From positions 1 through 27,289 of the forward strand of contig NW_021833398.1 of the NCBI RefSeq assembly GCF_006345805.1: DNA of 27,289 bases. Direction: 5' to 3'. The notes under the pieces were generated by a model. The model searched no databases. It was not told the DNA's origin and saw only the letters and a list, made by a program, of their open reading frames with translations. The position numbers and the translations under genes were made by a program. Below are positions 20,036 through 27,289 of this stretch, in pieces (position 1 is the stretch's first letter; each line of letters opens with the position of its first letter). Source of the stretch: Octopus sinensis (lineage: Eukaryota).

Positions 20036-20208
20036 AGCGGCGAGCAGGAAGGATAGGTAGTGCGTTGTACAGAATGCTTAGCGGAATTTCTTACAACTCT
20101 TTCCGTTCCTTGCCTAAATCTCGCCGAGGTCAGCTTTGCTTTTACACCTAAAATCGACTACCCCTACTCCTAAATTTTATGGTCCTGCATCAAGATATGA
20201 AAATAATA
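20036..20208 (+). mobile_element. Family A SINE, old and diverged
   Basis: gcggcgagcaggaagg...gaatgcttagcggaatttc...cgccgaggtcagctttgc. Confidence 0.7.
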
Positions 20209-20241
20209 GGAATTATAATCTTATCAGCCACATTGACATGA

Positions 20242-20467
20242 AACTGGCACTCCGGTTACGACGGCAAACGTTCCAAATGATCCGATCAACGTAACAGCCT
20301 GCTCGTGAAATTCGTTATAAGTGGCTGAGCATTCCACAGACAGGCGTACCCTTATTGTGGTTTCCAGAGAGTTTCAGTGTGAGAAAGCTGGCCCTTTGAA
20401 ATACAAATACTACTCATTTTTGCCAGCTGAGTCGGTTGGAGCACCGGAAAATAAAGTGACTTGCTCC
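20242..20467 (-). mobile_element. Third SINE-like family (C), lacking its head
   Basis: The reverse complement begins gagcaagtcactttattttccggtgctccaaccgactcagctggcaaaaatgagtag, similar to the gagcaaggcactt-type central domain of deeply conserved SINEs. The family assignment is from recollection. Confidence 0.45.
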
Positions 20468-21115
20468 CACAACCACTAAGCCTTGCGTCTTTACAAGACA
20501 TTGACGTTAAGACTTTCTACACCATAGTATTACTGAGGCACTGTACATCACCATACAATATTGTTATGACATTAATCTCGTCGAGATTTACATATTTTGC
20601 ATAGCGTTATTACTATAATAATAACAAATTTGCCGATCTGTTTGTGAGCTTCTGAAATTGCCAACGGATGTCCTGTTTCATCTGTCTACCACTTCGACCC
20701 ATATTGGAACTGCTTCTGCTTCTCTGAATTAGTTAATTACATGCAGCCTACCGAAACCAGTTCCAAGATCTTCTCTTTATTACAGTTCTTCTCTTTATTA
20801 CTACCATCTCTCTGTAAAATAGTAGTAATTTTATTTTGCGCGGCGCTTCCTATCCCGCAGTGTGGGGTAGGAAGGACAGAGGAAAAAAAATGAGAATGTG
20901 GCCAAGTGAGCACTTCATCTGACCACGCTTTTTCTAACAGATATCAATCTACCTACAAAAGTTCGATATGAGCATCGATCTTTAATAATCTTTGAACTGT
21001 ATTAAACTCACTTGGCAGGGAAAGCCTACACACATTCATCGTTAGAGTAAAGGTTGACAAAACTGTAGTTAGTTGGAATCAGTGAAACTGGATTCTTATT
21101 ATTTATGACACTCAA

Positions 21116-21325
21116 GGCAGCAGCTGGTAGACTCATTAGCACACCGGCCAAAGAGTATTTCGTCCATTTTTATGTAATGAGTTTAAATTCCGCCGAGGTT
21201 CACTTCACCTTTCATCCTTTCGGTATCAGTAAAATAAGTACCAGCCCAGCACTAGGGTTGGTGTAACCGACTTCGGCACCTTGCAAAATTGCTGGCTGTG
21301 TGCCACAATAAGAAAGGATTATATT
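21116..21325 (+). mobile_element. Family A SINE, diverged
   Basis: ggcagcagctggtagactcattagcacaccgg...gagtttaaattccgccgagg...ctttcatcctttcgg...aaaataagtaccag...gcactagggttggtgtaaccgact. Confidence 0.82.
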
Positions 21326-22669
21326 AGACACTGGAGTTTTTCAACTGTCATGTTATGGGTAATATTGGTAGTACACTTTATCATTCTGATTAAAAGTAGG
21401 TATTATTAAAAAATTACAATAGTTATTTTCCTTTGTTAGAAAAATGTCATGGCGCTTATACAAAATAAAGAAATGAATACTAATGTTTAAAGTAAAAATA
21501 TTTATTAAAATTAAAATTAAAAGAGGGAAAAGTATGCTACCAACATTTCTTGCCATTCAACCTCAAGTAAATATAGAGTAGTAAGATCAGATTTATTTCG
21601 CTTTGAGGGACTGACAAACGGAGAAAAGTAGAGAAACACTGCCAATTATTTTAATAGATTCCAAATCAAGCAAGTTTTAAAGGATGGCTCTTTCAAAATT
21701 TTCAAAGATTCTGTTTTTGGAATAGAGTGCAAGAATACGTTATTAGTGTGTTAACTAATACTTATTTCTACAGGAGGGTCGATACATCACTGTAACATAA
21801 CTAAACATTCACTTTTGTTTCTTGCGTAACCGTTGGCCCATTCCCTTTTACAGTGTATTTTCTAGTTGTGTCGAACGGACTGGAGATTCATGTAACTTTA
21901 CTAGGGACATATTTCGGAAATGGTAAACAGGACACGAACCCACTAACCTCACCCTTCGTTTGATCCTCAGCTATTCTAACGATTCGATTATTCGCAGTTC
22001 TCTTTTAATGGAGCAATGTATTATTTCTGCTAAAACACTTCGGAGTGTGTTTTAACGAGTAAGATTCTCTTCTGTCAAACAAGACCGAACATCATAAAGA
22101 GAATATTTCATGTCGTCACAGTAAACAAATGATATGACAATCCCATCTTAACACACTACATGATTGCCATATTGAAATACACCACACGACCTTATATTTT
22201 GTATATATTAGAACAGCGCGTGGATTACAAGTTAGCAAAATAAAACATTATGAAAACAACACAACGTTTAGTTCGGCCCCACACAACGCCATTATCTCCA
22301 AAACGACGTTATTCTCTAATACTGTCGACTGGAGATCAATCCTTTCCACATTCATTCCCTTCGTTCCCCACACTCATTTCATAGCATTCTTATTCCAGCT
22401 GTTGTTCTTCATTGTACTTATCGCCACTTCTTTATTTCTTGTTTCGCGCCGAGCTTTGCTGAAGCTGCGCTAAACAAAAGCAAGAGAGATTACAAAAAAA
22501 TAAACATCGACGAATGGTTAATTAGAAAACGTCATTTTCTCTGAATAATATCTCCGAAGTCATTTGACATTTCGCTTTAATTTCTGCTGTCTATTTAAAA
22601 AGGCAGCACGTACTTGTGTTATGATTGTGTAGTTATCTTACTGATCGTATGTTTGAGCGCTCATTTATG

Positions 22670-22900
22670 TATCTAAGTATGTATGTAAGTATGTATGTAT
22701 GTATGTATGTATGTATGTTTATATGTATATATGTATTTATGCATGGATATATATACGTATTTATGTGCATACGTGCATATTTATGTATGTATATATGTGT
22801 GTATAGAAAGATGGTTCTGTTTACATATGTGTGCATATGTGTGCAATATATGCGTGTATGTGTGCGTATGCACGTGCGTGTGTTAATGTACATATGATTG
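22670..22900. repeat. Degenerate (TATG)n/(GT)n microsatellite
   Basis: Read directly from the sequence. Confidence 0.8.
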
Positions 22901-23089
22901 TGTACGATTGTTTGAGCGTGTAGAAAGGGCGAGGTTGGGTAGAAAGACCCCCCACCAACATACAACGTTGGACGGCGAGCCAACACTCAAGCACAGCTAT
23001 CTACAGCAACAATAAAGATGACAACACCAGACGATAACGGCTATGTGTATGTGGGGGTATTTGGTGCATGGTGGGGGAGATGAGAGAAT

Positions 23090-23352
23090 AAGGTGGAGAA
23101 ATATAAAAAGAAAGAAAAGTGAAAGGTGAAGAAGGAAACGAAGAGAGAGAAAGAGGGAGAGAGTGACACACACAGAGACAGACACATAGAGAGAGAATGG
23201 GGGTATGGGTCTGGTGCATAGGAATGGAAATGTCAATAGTAAAAAGTTCAACAACAAAGGGAGATAATAAGTATGGAGACTGATAGAGAGCGAGGAAGTG
23301 AAATTAGGGCGTAGAGAAATGTGGATAAATGAATGTTAGACACCACAGAGAT

Positions 23353-23388
<36 letters not shown>

Positions 23389-24103
23389 ATATATATATGC
23401 ATGCATGCATACACCCACGCATATATGTATGCATAAAAACATCATACACACACACACCTGTATATGTACATATAACAGATATAGGTACAAACGCATTATG
23501 CAGAAATACATATGTATACGTAAAATATATAGAGAGAGACAGGGAAGGGAGAGAGACAAAGGGAGAAGGGGAGTGAGGGAGAGATAGATAGGGAGAAGGG
23601 GAGTGGGGGAGAGAGATGCATACATACATTCTTATATATTCAGATAACATGTATGTTTTTACATGGATAAATACATAGAAAGATTATACTAACAAAGAGG
23701 GTGAGAGTGGGAGGTAGAAATGAAAGGAGAAAAATAACGAGGAAGAACGAGAAACAGGACGAGAAGGATGTTCGGATATCAAAAAAAAAAAAAAAGAAAG
23801 AAAGAAAGAATGAATGAAAAGTAAAAGAAAAGAATTGATGATAGGGAAGGCGAAAGAGCGAAGAGCGTAGAATGAAGTATTCAATGAAAGAAAGAAAAAC
23901 GAAGAAGGAAAGGAATAGAATGAGAATGGCAAGAAAGATAAAATGAAGAAGAGAGAGAGAGAGATAGAATGAAAGAGAAAATAAGATTACACAAAAACGA
24001 GAAAAATGGATTAATGTAGGAGAAAGAGAAAGCGATTATCAATGAATGAGATACAATAGAAATAGAGTAAAAGAGGAAGAGAAATAGAGTAAGCAGTGTA
24101 AAT

Positions 24104-24147
<44 letters not shown>

Positions 24148-24175
24148 CGTTTTGTGTGTGTGTGTGTGTGTGGTG
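23090..24175. repeat. Purine-rich (GA/GAAA) low-complexity region with embedded (AT)n, (AG)n and (GT)n
   Basis: Strong purine bias on the + strand; (AG)n at ~24107-24145 and (GT)n at ~24152-24172. Confidence 0.75.
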
Positions 24176-24589
24176 GAGTTGAGAGTTGGGGTGGAGTAGA
24201 GAAGTATTTTGATAGAAGATTCCAAGAGGCAGCGAACATTGGCATACGGTAATCATTTGTTTGTCTAGCTGTCATTTATTTGTTGATATTCATGAACAGG
24301 TCTCTACACCACAATTGCTCAATTTGAACTTAGAAATGAGTCAGGTCTTATTTGTATTCAAGTGTGATAACGTGACGCCGCGACTTGTTGCCACGTACTC
24401 TGAACCCTGCTTTCTATAGATGGCTCCCAGCTTTTTCTTTCATTCTTTTTTCTTTTTTGTTGTTGTTGTTCTTTTATTATTTTTTTTTTTGCTGTTTTTG
24501 TTTTTCATAAGTACTGCACAGCACAGCGCACACAACACAGACTTTTCTCATCTTGATTTGGCATTCGTTGCCGCCGCCATTGCTACCTT

Positions 24590-25445
24590 GTACCGACATC
24601 AACCCGCCTCTACTGCCATTCCTCCCCCCCCACCAGTAGCAGCAGCAGCACCACCACCACCACTACCGCCATCACCACCACCACCACTATCACCACCACC
24701 ATCACCATCAACACTGCCACCACCAATTCCACAACCGACGCCACCTACATTAACACTTACAGCCACCAACGCTACCACCGCTATCACTTCTACGATCACC
24801 AATACCACAACCACCACCACCAACAACAACATCAGCATAACCCTCACTACCACCACCACCCACCACCACCTTCACTACCATTATCACAACCACAAGAACA
24901 TACATCGCTACTACTGCTACCACCAACATATCCACTACCATCACCATACCATCGCAGCCGCTGCCACCGCCACCATCACCAAAAGCGCCAGTCAAACCAC
25001 GGATTCCCCGCTTCCACCTATCTCAGTACACAACACATAGCATTTGAATGCGCTTACCCGTAACCTCCACACTGAAACTTCCAAAGCCATCAACACCACC
25101 ACCACACCTACTACCTTCACGCCCCCCATCACCACCACCACCTTCACCACCATTGTCACAACCACACGACCATACATCACTACCGCCGCCACCACTACCA
25201 CATCCCAAAACCTCACTACCTCACCGCCACAACAACCAAAACTATCACCAACCTCAACACAACCATCCACCGTTACATCACCACCAACCCAACCACACCA
25301 TCGCCATTATAGGCGCCACCAGCGATGCCATTACCACCACCACCACCACCACCACAATCCCAACCACCGCCGCCTTCCCCACCATGGCCGCCACCACCAC
25401 CACCACCACCACCACCACCACCACCACCACCACCACCACCGACGC
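24590..25445. repeat. Low-complexity trinucleotide tract (CAC/CAT/CAA)n
   Basis: Read directly. This tract produces the poly-P/T/H ORFs in the track. Confidence 0.9.
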
Positions 25446-25747
25446 CATCAACCAGTTGTCATTTCCCGACAGTTTACAGACATTGTTTTGCTTTCTATTC
25501 CAGGCGGAGTTCTGATATTGCTTGTTAATAGGCTCCTGTCTACCTGTATATACACACACACCTACACACAAACACACGCACACATAGAAAATATATATAT
25601 GTTGCACAGAGGGACACATGCGAAAGCTAGAAAATACAGTTGCAGACTCTGAAATACACATGCGCATATACACACAATTCATACGCATCGCTATACACAT
25701 ACATACATAGATATATACATACGTACATACATACATGGCAGACTGAA

Positions 25748-25749
25748 AA

Positions 25750-25786
<37 letters not shown>

Positions 25787-25791
25787 GATAG

Positions 25792-25835
<44 letters not shown>

Positions 25836-25846
25836 GTGGTATGTAA

Positions 25847-25932
<86 letters not shown>

Positions 25933-25935
25933 GAT
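25748..25935. repeat. (GATA)n tetranucleotide microsatellite
   Basis: Read directly from the sequence. Confidence 0.95.
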
Positions 25936-26099
25936 AGGTCTTTCTCTCTATGTCCTGGCTATCTCATGCTTTTTCTCGCTCGCTACGTTTTAATAGAAAG
26001 TAAATTTTAAAGGAAAATCATATGCACCGACAAGTACATATGTAGAAACATGCCATACAGACTTAAATATGCTCATACATGCATTCACACACGCACAGA

Positions 26100-26270
26100 G
26101 ATATGTCTCTCTCTCTCACTCACTCTCTCTATCAATCTATCTTTCTATCTACATACATACATCTCCCTACCTATCTACCTACATACATACCTATCTATGT
26201 ATCTATGTTACTATCTATCTATCTATATACCAATCTCTCTCTCTCTCTTTATATATATATATATACACAT

Positions 26271-26346
<76 letters not shown>

Positions 26347-26375
26347 CATACATACATATATGTATATATATATCT
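26100..26375. repeat. Compound (TC)n/(ATCT)n/(AC)n/(AT)n microsatellite
   Basis: Read directly from the sequence. Confidence 0.9.
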
Positions 26376-26533
26376 ATAAGGACGCAGAACGCTTGTGTCG
26401 TGTAGCCAACTAGAAACGGTGTTTCTTTGGATTAAATAACAGTAACATTCTTCCCTTTCCTGAGACTTCCACATTAAGTCATCACTTTATCGTGCTGTTA
26501 CTGTATAACTCTCTCTGAGACATTTAGAAAACA

Positions 26534-26539
<6 letters not shown>

Positions 26540-26591
<52 letters not shown>

Positions 26592-26623
26592 ATATATATT
26601 ATTATTATTATTATTTATTATTA

Positions 26624-26660
<37 letters not shown>
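26540..26660. repeat. (AT)n followed by (TAT)n microsatellite
   Basis: Read directly from the sequence. Confidence 0.95.
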
Positions 26661-26662
<2 letters not shown>

Positions 26663-27102
26663 GTGAGAGAGCATGCATGCCATCAAAGTGACACTGGGGT
26701 AAAATATACGAACCCAGTATACCCATCATGACTACCCGTCTGATAAGGGTACACCAGGCACATGCATCACAACCATATGTGCGCGACATGGTGATCTCAT
26801 ATGAAGATAAACAGCACATGACCTTGCAGGTGGGGCCCAGTTAGAATTTTCTTCTGGTCGAGTAACCCATCCCGCTCAAAAGGTCCTTGAATAAGGGTTG
26901 TTTAAGGATGTTGAATGAAACACCTATGTTTCCAGAGGTGAATTATTCAAACTCCATAGAATCCCTCTCAACACATGACTATGATGCTCCCCATCTACTT
27001 CCGAGATGCACATATTGTCAGCCACTAAGGGACATGCTCAACTGGTTATGGTCAAACAACTGACAAGCAAATCTGTAATATTGAGCAGAATATTTGCTGT
27101 AG

Positions 27103-27105
<3 letters not shown>
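26661..27105 (-). mobile_element. ~445-bp interspersed element embedded in (TAA)n; probably the 3' end of a non-LTR retroelement
   Basis: A sharply bounded, higher-GC segment with (TAT)n on both sides. On the minus strand it ends ...atggcatgcatgctctctcactt and then (AAT)n. It has no coding motif, so class and strand are inferred. Confidence 0.55.
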
Positions 27106-27142
<37 letters not shown>

Positions 27143-27167
27143 TGTTATAAATATTATTATTATTACT
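27106..27167. repeat. (TAT)n microsatellite
   Basis: Read directly from the sequence. Confidence 0.9.
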
Positions 27168-27289
27168 AGATTATTTTAATTATTTGTCACTCCTACAAAA
27201 TGTGTGTGAGTTCCGCTTTCCTTCATTTGTCCACTAACTCATGTACATACATACATTTAAACTTCGTGAAGATTCTCTGCATCATAATC

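Noticed and set aside
21750-21800. Branch point-like CTAAT with acceptor TTTCTACAG at ~21775
   Set aside because: No convincing exon or donor follows. The TACAGG start may instead be a DNA transposon end, which I could not confirm.
24420-25652. Pro/Thr/His-rich ORFs resembling mucins or extensins, and the Val/Met/His-rich ORFs at 3363-3836
   Set aside because: They are explained by trinucleotide low-complexity tracts. Overlapping frames on both strands are open, and there are no credible splice sites or non-repetitive coding flanks.
1-27289. CRISPR arrays, operons or other prokaryotic systems
   Set aside because: There is no repeat-spacer array or prokaryotic gene density. The content is metazoan repetitive DNA.

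Overview
AT-rich, repeat-saturated eukaryotic genomic DNA with no supportable host protein-coding gene; almost every ORF in the supplied track is a translated microsatellite or low-complexity tract. The repeat content (two abundant tRNA-headed SINE families, plus AT, AC, TATG, GATA, AAT and GGT/GAT microsatellites) looks like a coleoid cephalopod, most likely Octopus. That assignment comes from my recollection of octopus repeats and was not checked by a search. Decayed elements recognisable by translation are an RTE-clade LINE piece (~852-1060, -), a mariner remnant (7081-7408, -) fused to a DD37D/maT remnant (7411-7996, +), a Penelope-like element fragment with a Cys-rich linker and GIY-YIG endonuclease (12273-12889, +) and a CR1/L2-type 3' end (15147-15397, +). 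The most notable signal is a type I hammerhead ribozyme with an intact catalytic core at 13282-13372 (+). It has a minimal stem III with a palindromic GUAC loop and an unusually long stem II. It lies about 400 nt downstream of the Penelope-like fragment, in a ~420-bp segment that sits within the (AT)n core of an apparently split SINE.
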